From an uncultured Alphaproteobacteria bacterium (GTDB lineage: Bacteria; Pseudomonadota; Alphaproteobacteria; RF32; CAG-239), in NCBI GenBank assembly GCA_944391425.1, contig CALXTO010000005.1, positions 293-64,292 on the forward strand: a stretch of DNA of 64,000 nucleotides. The letters run 5' to 3'. The translations under genes were made by a program, and so were the position numbers. Each line of letters starts with the position of its first letter. Within the stretch, counting starts at the first letter, position 1. The notes beneath the pieces are model-generated. The model was given only the letters and a program-made list of their open reading frames with translations. It ran no database searches and was not told the origin of the DNA. This document shows, one piece after another, positions 9,487-17,616 of this stretch.

Positions 9487-9609
9487 TTAATGTCTGGGGT
9501 AAGAATGCGGGTACCCGCTTCCCGGAATTGTTTCCGGCCGGGACATCTTTCCGCAGGACGCGGCAGCAAACAAACCAATCAGGCAAAACAGCATTAAAAG
9601 TTTTTTCAT
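9487..9609 (-). CDS. small lipoprotein (40 aa), absent from the supplied ORF track
   Basis: The reverse strand reads ATG AAA AAA CTT ... = MKKLLMLFCLIGLFAAASCGKMSRPETIPGSGYPHSYPRH*. It has a lipobox AAAS-C and AAGGAA 6 nt upstream of the ATG, and it ends 15 nt before the vWA start. Confidence 0.5.
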   Translation of the reverse strand: MKKLLMLFCLIGLFAAASCGKMSRPETIPGSGYPHSYPRH

Positions 9610-9695
9610 ATACCATTCCTTTACTTGTTATGGGCTATATTATAATTATATACTTGGCAAGGGTTAAGCAAAAATTAAGTTATGCAGAAGAAAAA

Positions 9696-10220
9696 ATGGC
9701 AAAGAACTTTTTAATGATAATGTTGGTTTTGGTACTGGCTTTTCCGGCACAGGCCAAAAAAGGGCTCAACATTTTCGCATACTCGCGTCCGGCGCCGGAA
9801 ACATCTGTCTACAATGCCTACGGCAAAAGCGTCAAACTGCGGGATTTCAGCGGAGATTTCCTGCTGGTTGTGTTCTGGTCGCGCTATTGCGCGCCCTGCA
9901 TCCGCGAATTAGATGAACTGAACGCATTTGTCAAACAGACGGAAGGCAACGGCATCAAAGCCGTTTTGGTGTCCCGCGAAGACGAATGGCAGACGGATTC
10001 CGAACAAAAAGAACTTTTGTTGAAATACGGGGCGCCGGATGTTGAATATTATGTTGACAAAGACGGCAAACTGGCCGAAGACTTCGGAATTTTCTCTTCA
10101 CCGCACACGGTTTTGATCAACGCCCGGGGCGAAGAAATCGGCCGTATCAGCGGTTCCGTCGATTGGGAAGACGAAGACGTTATTGAGCAGATTTACAAAA
10201 TCAAAGCCCAGCACGGCTAA
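9696..10220 (+). CDS. TlpA/ResA-like periplasmic thiol:disulfide oxidoreductase
   Basis: Signal peptide MAKNFLMIMLVLVLAFPAQA and thioredoxin motif VVFWSRYCAPCIREL. The tracked ORF from 9528 is an upstream extension with no signal-peptide logic. Confidence 0.8.
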   Translation: MAKNFLMIMLVLVLAFPAQAKKGLNIFAYSRPAPETSVYNAYGKSVKLRDFSGDFLLVVFWSRYCAPCIRELDELNAFVKQTEGNGIKAVLVSREDEWQTDSEQKELLLKYGAPDVEYYVDKDGKLAEDFGIFSSPHTVLINARGEEIGRISGSVDWEDEDVIEQIYKIKAQHG

Positions 10221-11188
10221 ACGTCCATAAACAGCGGCAATCCTCTTTTCATGCGGGTTGCCTGCGTTTCAATGGCGGTGCCGAGGTTCAGACGTCCAGT
10301 TTTGATAATGCCGCGCACCTGGTCGCCTTTGGTTGTGTCCGGGTTGGCAAACAGGAACGAAAGCGACGCTTTTTTTACTTCCGTGCCCACCAGCGTCTGA
10401 TGCACGACCGAGAGCATTCCGCGAGAAAACAGATCATAGGCCAAATCTTCGGTCATGCCGCCGGAAGCCGCGTATTTAACCACCGAGGAAATAGCATCGG
10501 TAACATTATTGGAGTGAATGGTCGACAACACCAGGTGTCCGGATGTGGCGGCGCGCAACACTTCCGAGGCCGTATCCGGCGTGCGGATTTCACCGACCAT
10601 GATATAGCGGGGTTTGGAACGCAGGGCGGATTTCAGCGATTCCCCCCAGCAGCCGTTAGCCGGTTGCGTTTGTTTGCACAATCCCAATCCGCCGTTGGCT
10701 GCCTGATAAACGCCGTCCAGAGGCTGTTCGGTCGGATCCTCAATCGTGTAAGCAAACCCGCCTTCTTTGTCCAAATATTCCTTAAGCAGACTGGAAATGG
10801 CCGTAGTCTTCCCCGATCCGGTAGGGCCGGACCACAAAATCAGACCGGAGGCCTTGCGCAGAGCCAGCATATACATCATCAGTTCTTTGGGAAAGCCCAG
10901 CGATGCAAAAGGCGGAACCTGCTGCGGCATTTTGCGGATGCAATACTGCGGACCGTAAATCGTCATGCTGCGTTCCACACGATAGAAAATGTCGTTATAC
11001 AGCACCGAATAGCTCGGATTTTCACCGTCCCAGGTGCTTTCAACCATATAATAAAAAGCGTCAAAGTCTTCCGGATGAAATTCCATCAGAGCGTTGCTGG
11101 TCTTTTTATCGGGAATATAGGCTTTTTTGTCCGGCGTAATGTAAATGTCCGAAAAGTCGGTATTTGTAATCGTCTCGTTTTCCATCAT
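10217..11188 (-). CDS. PilT/DotB-like secretion ATPase (short, retraction-type)
   Basis: Walker A WSGPTGSGKTT, Asp box/Walker B YIMVGEIR and His box LSTIHSN. 323 aa, with no N-terminal GspE-type domain or Zn-Cys motif. Confidence 0.8.
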   Translation of the reverse strand: MMENETITNTDFSDIYITPDKKAYIPDKKTSNALMEFHPEDFDAFYYMVESTWDGENPSYSVLYNDIFYRVERSMTIYGPQYCIRKMPQQVPPFASLGFPKELMMYMLALRKASGLILWSGPTGSGKTTAISSLLKEYLDKEGGFAYTIEDPTEQPLDGVYQAANGGLGLCKQTQPANGCWGESLKSALRSKPRYIMVGEIRTPDTASEVLRAATSGHLVLSTIHSNNVTDAISSVVKYAASGGMTEDLAYDLFSRGMLSVVHQTLVGTEVKKASLSFLFANPDTTKGDQVRGIIKTGRLNLGTAIETQATRMKRGLPLFMDV

Positions 11189-11358
11189 TATGCGAGCCCT
11201 CCATAAACTGTTACTTGTTTTATTTATACCGTCTATATCTTAATAAAAGATTGAGAGGGCGAAAAAAGGAACAAACGGCAGTTTGCAAAACTAGGAGAGT
11301 AATATTTGCCTTTTGGCCGCAACTAGGAGAGTTCCTTTTTTCACAAGATAAAATAATA

Positions 11359-11913
11359 TTAATAATATTCCCAGGTAATAGAACTTAAATCTGTTCCACA
11401 ATTTGCAGAAGCGGTAGATATGCTGATAGGCAGCTGGTTTTGATCTGCCAAATAAGTGCCTGAGCCGACCTTCATGGAGTACAAACCGGAACCAGATTGC
11501 GAACCCCAGTCGGCGGTGGCGATGGAAATACAGGCTTCCTGCGACAAACCTTCATAGGTGATTTTAAACGAACGGTTGGTTCCGCCCTGATCTCCCGCCT
11601 CAATCGTAACATTTCCCTGAAAAGCATTAATAATGCTGCCAGAACTGGCGCCTTGCATTTCGCCGGGAATAATACCCATGGTTACGGCCAGAGTATTGTC
11701 AAGTCCGGTATAGTCCAGACTGCTGGCAAACAGCGAGCGGATATTCATCACCAGCATAGAAATCTGATCCAGAGTTTTGTTGATTCTGAATTTGGCCATG
11801 GCTTTGGAATATCCGGAAATGCCGCCAATGGACAGCACGCCGATAATGGCCAGAACACCAAGCATTTCGACCATCGAACGGCCGCTTTGTTCATTTGAGG
11901 ATAAAAACTTCAT
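11359..11913 (-). CDS. type IV pilin, paralogue 1
   Basis: Prepilin-type N-terminus MKFLSSNEQSG/RSMVEMLGVLAIIGVLSIGG with Glu at +5 after the Gly. A C-terminal Cys pair (QEACISI...ANCGT) could form a D-region disulfide. SD AGGAGG. Confidence 0.85.
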   Translation of the reverse strand: MKFLSSNEQSGRSMVEMLGVLAIIGVLSIGGISGYSKAMAKFRINKTLDQISMLVMNIRSLFASSLDYTGLDNTLAVTMGIIPGEMQGASSGSIINAFQGNVTIEAGDQGGTNRSFKITYEGLSQEACISIATADWGSQSGSGLYSMKVGSGTYLADQNQLPISISTASANCGTDLSSITWEYY

Positions 11914-12021
11914 TACAACCTCCTGATTTAGTTTTCCTTCATATTACGTCATTAATGTTTAACATTTAGTAAAAAGAGGTTGTCTTAATTTATAACTGAT
12001 ATTTATTCAGCAAAATCTAAT

Positions 12022-12049
12022 AAAAAAGGGAACCCGAAAGTTCCCTTTT
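12022..12049 (-). terminator. intrinsic terminator after pilin paralogue 2
   Basis: On the minus strand, GGGAAC-uuucgg-GUUCCC is extended by A/U pairs and followed by UUUUUU, 22 nt after the stop of 12071..12625. Confidence 0.7.
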
Positions 12050-12070
12050 AAGAAAGTTGCGATGATAATT

Positions 12071-12625
12071 TTAGTAGTACACCCAGGTAATAGAACTCAA
12101 ATCTGTTCCACAGTTTGCAGAAGCAGTAGATATGCTAATAGGCAACTGGTTTTCATCTGCTAAATAAGTGCCTGAGCCAACTTTCATGGAATACAAGCCG
12201 GAACCGGATTGCGAACCCCAGTCGGCGGTGGCGATGGAAATACAAGCCTCCTGCGACAGGCCTTCATAAGTAATCTCGAAAGAACGGTTAGCTCCGCCCT
12301 GATTACCCGCCTCAATCGTAACTTGTCCCTGGAAAGCATTGATAATGCTGCCGGAAGTTGCGCCCTTCATTTCGCCGGGAATAATACCCATGGTTATGGC
12401 CAGAGTATTGTCCAGACCGCTGTAGTCCAAGCTGCTGGCAAACAGCGAACGGATGTTCATCACCAGCATGGAAATCTGGTCCAGAGTTTTGTTGATTCTG
12501 AATTTGGCCATAGCTTTGGAATATCCGGAAATACCGCCGATAGACAGTACCCCGATAATGGCCAGAACACCAAGCATTTCAACCATCGAACGGCCGCTTT
12601 GCTCATTTTTATGTAAACTTTTCAT
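12071..12625 (-). CDS. type IV pilin, paralogue 2
   Basis: Differs from 11359..11913 at 13 of 184 positions by my count. Same prepilin N-terminus and Cys pair; own SD (AGGAGAG) and own terminator. Confidence 0.85.
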   Translation of the reverse strand: MKSLHKNEQSGRSMVEMLGVLAIIGVLSIGGISGYSKAMAKFRINKTLDQISMLVMNIRSLFASSLDYSGLDNTLAITMGIIPGEMKGATSGSIINAFQGQVTIEAGNQGGANRSFEITYEGLSQEACISIATADWGSQSGSGLYSMKVGSGTYLADENQLPISISTASANCGTDLSSITWVYY

Positions 12626-12755
12626 CGTAACTCTCCTAGTTTTATTTGTGTATAGTTTAACTATAACAAATTAACAAATCATGAACAATCTTATCTTTAG
12701 CCATAAAATATTACAACGAAAAATATATGTTATAACTTTAGATAGATAAATTTGT

Positions 12756-13322
12756 CTATTCATAATGCCAAATCAGTATATTTTGTCCTTTGCAAAATTT
12801 TTCCGCCGCATCTTCCGCAATCGGCAGTGTTTGCGTACCGCTCCAGCCGAACTGCGTTTCGCCGCCGTCGTTGATAATGCTGACGCCGCTGATACCGAGC
12901 CAGAATTTTTCGTCAAATTTATAACTTGAAAGCTCAATACACTGCCGGCGGTTCAAATCTTTGTAGATAATGTCAAAATTACGCGCGCCCGGCATCAGGA
13001 TATCGCCGTTGGGGCCGCTTCCGGCCAAAACGGGTGTGCCGTAATGGCTTTTCGGCGTGCCGTCTTTCAGCATACGGAGCGGATAAATCTGTTTGTCGAC
13101 AGCTGTTTGCGTGTTTAATCCCCAGTAATCCGGACGGTTTTGATAAAAACGGCGGATATTTTGCGAAAATTGGCGTAGTTCTTCAACCGCTTTGTCCGTT
13201 CCGATGTCTTCTTTGCGCAAACATAACAGGGTTACCGCAACCACCGCCAAAATCAATACGGGCAATCCGTATTTTTGATATTTGGGCAGCGTTTTCCATT
13301 TTTGAAAAAAATATTGTTTCAT
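12756..13322 (-). CDS. membrane-anchored pilin-fold paralogue lacking a prepilin leader
   Basis: The ATG at 13322 is 1 nt after the platform-gene stop. It has one N-terminal TM (GLPVLILAVVAVTLLCL). The body aligns to the pilins: NIRRFYQNRPDYWGLNTQTAVDKQIYPLRM vs NIRSLFASSLDYTGLDNTLAVTMGIIPGEM, and FDIIYKDLNRRQCIELSS vs FKITYEGLSQEACISIAT. Confidence 0.6.
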   Translation of the reverse strand: MKQYFFQKWKTLPKYQKYGLPVLILAVVAVTLLCLRKEDIGTDKAVEELRQFSQNIRRFYQNRPDYWGLNTQTAVDKQIYPLRMLKDGTPKSHYGTPVLAGSGPNGDILMPGARNFDIIYKDLNRRQCIELSSYKFDEKFWLGISGVSIINDGGETQFGWSGTQTLPIAEDAAEKFCKGQNILIWHYE

Positions 13323-13323
13323 G

Positions 13324-14451
13324 TTAGCCCATTCCCATACCGCTGGTGATTTGATCCTGCATTTCAAAGGTGCCCATAACTGCCCAGGCGATGACGCCGC
13401 CGATGGCCAGCAGAGCCACCATGTTTAAAATGCCCGCTTTTTCTTCAATCATATACACGGATTCCTCCAGCCAGTCGTTGGCCAGATTATCCAGAGCCTC
13501 TTCAAAATTATCCAATTCGGAATAAATCTTAAGGTCACTGATGATTTCCGCATCCGGAAAATTCAGCCCCGTTTTGGCCAGAGCCTGCCCCAAGTTGTCA
13601 CCGTTATTGATGAAAATCATAGTTTTATCAATACGTTCGCGCAGATATTTGCTGGCGTCGCGGCGCAAAGCGCGCATGGCCGTTGAAACGGGCGTGCCGC
13701 CCTTGACCAGCGCCGACAAAGCCAGCAGCCAGCTAATGCCCACGAAAACTTTATAGAGCGACCATGGCGGCAGATTATCAAAGAAAGCTCTGATTTTACC
13801 TGTCCAGATGCCGATGGTAAAATAAATAACCAGCATCAAAACTGGCAGACTGGCAAAGGCAAAAGCCCAGTTGTTTTTAATCCAGTCCGACAAATCCACC
13901 AGATCTTTGGCCATTCCGCGCCAGACAACCGTCGGCGCCGCATCAATCATCGGCGGCACCATATAGACGCCGATAGCATAAATAATCAGAATGGCCATCA
14001 TCATCAGAAAAGACGGATAAGCAATTGCGCCGATAATCGGACGGATCATTTTGGTGGACCCTTCCGTTACCTTAATCAAGTTCAAAAGCGCGCCTTCCAG
14101 GTCGGAAACGTCGCCGACGGACAACATCAGCCTTTCGCGGCTGGGCGCCCAGCCTCTCAGCGCGTCAGAAAAAGTTTTACCGTTGTTCAGGGCGCGTCCC
14201 CAGGCCGCAATGGCAATCGCCAAAGGTTCGCCGGGATTTTTGCCGCCGTTGCTGGCACCGTCATGTAACATATCCAGCGCGTCCATCAGTGAAAAGCGGT
14301 TGCGCATCAGCGAAGCGATTTTGCGATAAAGCTTCAATCGTGTCTTGTTTGAGAACTGCACGATCATTTTGGCGTAGTATTCTTCAACTACGTTAAACTT
14401 CATCATTGCTTTTTGCAGCGATTTGGATTTTATTTTTGTTTCATCTGCCAT
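13324..14451 (-). CDS. type IV pilus platform protein (GspF/PilC family; PilR position of R64-type clusters)
   Basis: It contains a duplicated GspF-domain pattern (NNGKTFSDALRGW...DVSDLEGALLNL and NNGDNLGQALAKTGLNFPD...ELDNFEEALDNLA) and three hydrophobic blocks. The ATG at 14451 is 11 nt after the ATPase stop. Confidence 0.8.
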   Translation of the reverse strand: MADETKIKSKSLQKAMMKFNVVEEYYAKMIVQFSNKTRLKLYRKIASLMRNRFSLMDALDMLHDGASNGGKNPGEPLAIAIAAWGRALNNGKTFSDALRGWAPSRERLMLSVGDVSDLEGALLNLIKVTEGSTKMIRPIIGAIAYPSFLMMMAILIIYAIGVYMVPPMIDAAPTVVWRGMAKDLVDLSDWIKNNWAFAFASLPVLMLVIYFTIGIWTGKIRAFFDNLPPWSLYKVFVGISWLLALSALVKGGTPVSTAMRALRRDASKYLRERIDKTMIFINNGDNLGQALAKTGLNFPDAEIISDLKIYSELDNFEEALDNLANDWLEESVYMIEEKAGILNMVALLAIGGVIAWAVMGTFEMQDQITSGMGMG

Positions 14452-14462
14452 GGTCTTTAATC

Positions 14463-16151
14463 CTAATAAACTGGGCGCTGGTCTAACAATCCGCACCAGC
14501 GTTCAACTTCGTCAAGGTCAATCAGCCCTTTGAGCATACGTTCGGTCGCCGCGTCTTTAAGGGTTCTGCCGTTCAGGTCGCTGGTCCAGTAGTCGATGGC
14601 CTTGCGAGTTTCGCCTTTAATCATCAGCTCTAAAAACATTGCGTCGGGCAGAATGATTTCAGGAACACTCATTCGGCCTTTAATGCCGGTATTGTTGCAA
14701 TATTTGCAGCCGGGGCCGCGCACATAGGTGTTTTCGATTCCAAAATCGCCCAGCGCGGTTTTAAGCCTTTGCACCGACGGTTCGTTCAGCTTGTCCTTAA
14801 CCGAAACCCGGCAATGTGGGCAGAGTTTTCGGAACAAACGCTGCGAAATCAATCCCTTAATCAATTCCGGATCCAGGAGTTTAAACGTTTCAACGCCCAT
14901 ATCGCGAAAACGGGTGATAATCGCCGGTGCCGAGTTGGCGTGCAGTGTTGTCCACACCCCGTGTCCCGACAGCGCGCCTTTAAAAGTCAGTTGTGCCGCG
15001 GACAGGGAACGGATTTCGCCCACCATCATAACGTCCGGGTCAGAGCGCAGCGCCGCCGACAACGCTTTGGTAAATTGTTCATCTTTTTCTTCTTCGGTGT
15101 TGGCATTAGTCACCGGCATTTGCCGTGCGCCGGGGATAGGGTATTCCGGCGGGTCTTCCACCGTAATCAGGTTGATTTCATAGTTTTTTTCCTGCAAAAG
15201 CTTAATCATATTTCTTTGCAGTGTCGTTGATTTTCCCGATCCTGTCGGTCCGGCAATGATATTTAGCCCGATTGGCACTGCCCGCAGGCGGTAAAACAAA
15301 TTTTCTTCGTATTCGCCAAACCCCAGACTGGCCAAATCGCCGGAACCATCCGGGTTATCATCGGCGTATAGCAGGCGCATAACCAGATACTGCGAACCAA
15401 AAGCAATTGGGTTAAACTGCAGGCGGATAGCCAAAACATTGTGCGGCAGCATCAGTTTTCCCTTGGAACCGCGCAACGGGGTCGAACCAAGTTTTTGCGC
15501 CCCCTGAAATTCGTTTTGGGCATAGTTTGAATCGGAAACGTCTGCCGAGGCAAATGCCGCACGGACAAAGGATTCGCCCCAGTCTTTGTTATATTCCATT
15601 TCCGTCTGCATCATACCGTTGATACGAAACATAATCTGCGTGCTGTCTGCAACAACCACATGCACGTCGGACACCTTTTGCGCTGCCGCCCGTGCAATAA
15701 CGTTGACGAAGTCTTTTTGCATCTGCAACTGGTCGAGTTCGGCATCTTCGCTGACCTCCACTGCTGCCTGTGCGCGTTCACCGATGCTGTAAATGGCATT
15801 AATTTCGTTTTGAGAAACATATGTCGGCTTTAAGATATTCAGACGTTTTTTACGGGCCAGAACTTCAAAACTGAGAACGCGTCCGTCAAATTTGTGGGTT
15901 TCAACCACCAGAAAACGCCCGTCCGAAAACAGCGCCAACAAACGGCGTGTGTCATCATTAATAACCAACGACGAACCGGGAAGCGTCAACAGTCGGTTGC
16001 CGTTAGAAAAATAAGTTTCGGTAATGGATGCTTTTTGCTGTCTTTCTCCCGAAGAGGAAGATTCTGCAGTGTCTAAAGATTCAGAAGCGGTATCTTTTTC
16101 TGATGCCGTTTGTTGGAGATCGTTGGCAATGTTTGCATCTTCTTCAGCCAT
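14463..16151 (-). CDS. type IV pilus assembly ATPase (GspE/PilB family; PilQ position of R64-type clusters)
   Basis: Walker A IIAGPTGSGKST, VMMVGEIRS, His box TTLHANS and a tetracysteine motif CPHC...CKYC. Confidence 0.9.
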   Translation of the reverse strand: MAEEDANIANDLQQTASEKDTASESLDTAESSSSGERQQKASITETYFSNGNRLLTLPGSSLVINDDTRRLLALFSDGRFLVVETHKFDGRVLSFEVLARKKRLNILKPTYVSQNEINAIYSIGERAQAAVEVSEDAELDQLQMQKDFVNVIARAAAQKVSDVHVVVADSTQIMFRINGMMQTEMEYNKDWGESFVRAAFASADVSDSNYAQNEFQGAQKLGSTPLRGSKGKLMLPHNVLAIRLQFNPIAFGSQYLVMRLLYADDNPDGSGDLASLGFGEYEENLFYRLRAVPIGLNIIAGPTGSGKSTTLQRNMIKLLQEKNYEINLITVEDPPEYPIPGARQMPVTNANTEEEKDEQFTKALSAALRSDPDVMMVGEIRSLSAAQLTFKGALSGHGVWTTLHANSAPAIITRFRDMGVETFKLLDPELIKGLISQRLFRKLCPHCRVSVKDKLNEPSVQRLKTALGDFGIENTYVRGPGCKYCNNTGIKGRMSVPEIILPDAMFLELMIKGETRKAIDYWTSDLNGRTLKDAATERMLKGLIDLDEVERWCGLLDQRPVY

Positions 16152-16152
16152 T

Positions 16153-17616
16153 TTACCTTACAATCATAGATTTTCCGAGGCCGGGAACACCCGGGCTGGA
16201 AACGAATTCGCGTGCCGGCTCGTTTTCTTCTTCTGCTCCGGCTGTACCGCCGCTGCCGCCAAAGTCTTTAGGCAACAGAGTGCTTGCCGGTTGCTCCAGC
16301 GGAAGAATTCCGCCGGCGGCAAAATACAAATAATCTTTCAGACCGTTTCTTTCAGCCCGGACATAAGTCGAAGTAATTTCGTCAACCTGATGCCCGCTTT
16401 GCAGGGTTGTGCCTTTTTTAACATAAAACGGCATACCGTCCTGATTAATGAGCTTGGCGATTAGTTCGCCGCCCTGTCCGCGGATTTCCATAACAGCATA
16501 CATATTCGCCAGTTTCATGTCTGCCAGTGTAACGCTGTCTTTGTCTGCCGTTACCTGCGGCTGTTGTTCAGCTTCTCCTTCGGCAAATGGGTTCTGTCTG
16601 GCCATCTCCTGCTCTTGCGCCTCAATGCGGGCCTTTAAGATTGAAATTTGTGTTTGCAGGTCTTCCACTTCCTTTTTATGAGCTGCACGTACTTCCCTGA
16701 CAGTTAATGCTGCATTTCTAGCCGAAGTGGTAATCTCTTCAAACTTCTTCTTGGTGTCGTCATAAATCGCCTGTTTTTCTTTTTTGACATCTTCGATTTG
16801 CTTATACAGTCCGGCATTATGGTCAATCCATTTCTGGTTTTCGGCCAGCATCTGGTTTTTATAGGCATTCAAAAGTTTTTCCTGCCGGGCATTTTCAAAT
16901 TGGATGTCCAGTTCTCTCAGTTTCTGCTGTTCCTGCAGAACTTTTTGCTCCTGCTCTTTTTCCCATTCGAGTTTTTCGCGCCGTTGGGCTTCTTTCTTTT
17001 CCTGTTCTTCAACAACAGCCTGTTTCCGCTGGTTTTTTATCGCTTCAATTTCGTTACGGATTTTTTCCCGCCGCAGTTCCAGATTGAGCAACGCCGTCTG
17101 TTTTTCAATATCGGACATTTGCGAAAATATCTCATCGTCAATCGGGCGTTCTTCGTTTGTTCCCAAAATCCCGACACCCGCGCCCGGGGTAGACATAAGC
17201 TTGTCTGCCATAATCGGCGTTCCGGTATTGGCTGCCGGAGCTTGGGGCGTCGCGGGAGCCTGTACCGGCAGTGCGGCAGGAACGGCTGCTGCCGGAGCTG
17301 CAGTTGTATTCGGCATATTTACAGCCGCCGGAAGAGGAGGCTGAGGACCTTCCGTCTGCGGTTCTGCGGCCGCAGGATTACTGTCAGCCGGTTTCTCGGG
17401 CTTAATACCGCCGAGTTCATCCGCGCCGGAAGAAGAACCTCCGTCGTCGGCAAACAGGGAAATCTCATCGGGGATATCCTGATTCAGCGCATCATCGTTT
17501 GCTGCCTCTTCGGACAGGGTTATCACGCCTTGTGCACGGACGTTTCCAGCCGTGTTTGCGGCCAGTCCGAAAGCCATGGCAGCCAACCATAAAATATTTC
17601 TTATTTTATAAAACAT
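16153..17616 (-). CDS. pilus biogenesis protein with signal peptide, Pro/Ala-rich linker, coiled coil and PilP/GspC-HR-like C-terminal domain
   Basis: The ATG at 17616 has AGGGGA upstream and gives signal peptide MFYKIRNILWLAAMAFGLAANTAGNVRAQG. The C-terminal pattern MKLANMYAVMEIRGQGGELIAKLINQDGMPFYVKKGTTLQSGHQVDEITSTYV fits the PilP beta-domain pattern. The assignment rests on pattern and position only. Confidence 0.45.
   Translation of the reverse strand: MFYKIRNILWLAAMAFGLAANTAGNVRAQGVITLSEEAANDDALNQDIPDEISLFADDGGSSSGADELGGIKPEKPADSNPAAAEPQTEGPQPPLPAAVNMPNTTAAPAAAVPAALPVQAPATPQAPAANTGTPIMADKLMSTPGAGVGILGTNEERPIDDEIFSQMSDIEKQTALLNLELRREKIRNEIEAIKNQRKQAVVEEQEKKEAQRREKLEWEKEQEQKVLQEQQKLRELDIQFENARQEKLLNAYKNQMLAENQKWIDHNAGLYKQIEDVKKEKQAIYDDTKKKFEEITTSARNAALTVREVRAAHKKEVEDLQTQISILKARIEAQEQEMARQNPFAEGEAEQQPQVTADKDSVTLADMKLANMYAVMEIRGQGGELIAKLINQDGMPFYVKKGTTLQSGHQVDEITSTYVRAERNGLKDYLYFAAGGILPLEQPASTLLPKDFGGSGGTAGAEEENEPAREFVSSPGVPGLGKSMIVR

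Noticed and set aside
9528..9695. 5' extension of the TlpA-like ORF (tracked start 9528).
   Set aside because: The extension has no signal-peptide logic, whereas the internal ATG at 9696 gives a textbook signal peptide. The extension also overlaps the small lipoprotein ORF on the other strand.
10400..11206. Plus-strand 268-aa ORF.
   Set aside because: It is antisense to the PilT-like ATPase, which has Walker A, Walker B and His boxes on the minus strand.
12626..12755. Sigma-54 promoter upstream of the pilin gene (common for type IV pilins), and a sigma-70 candidate TTGTTA-N17-TATACA (12649-12677, minus).
   Set aside because: The only TGGC...TTG candidate (TGGCTAAAGATAAGATTGT) has the wrong spacing for a -24/-12 element. 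The sigma-70 match lies in very AT-rich DNA, where such matches arise by chance, so it is not reported as a feature.
16153..17616. TonB-like protein, suggested by the Pro/Ala-rich linker and C-terminal domain.
   Set aside because: The position is between the PilO-like gene and the ATPase gene, and the C-terminal pattern fits PilP/GspC-HR better than the TonB C-terminal domain. No ExbB/ExbD genes are nearby. Still uncertain.
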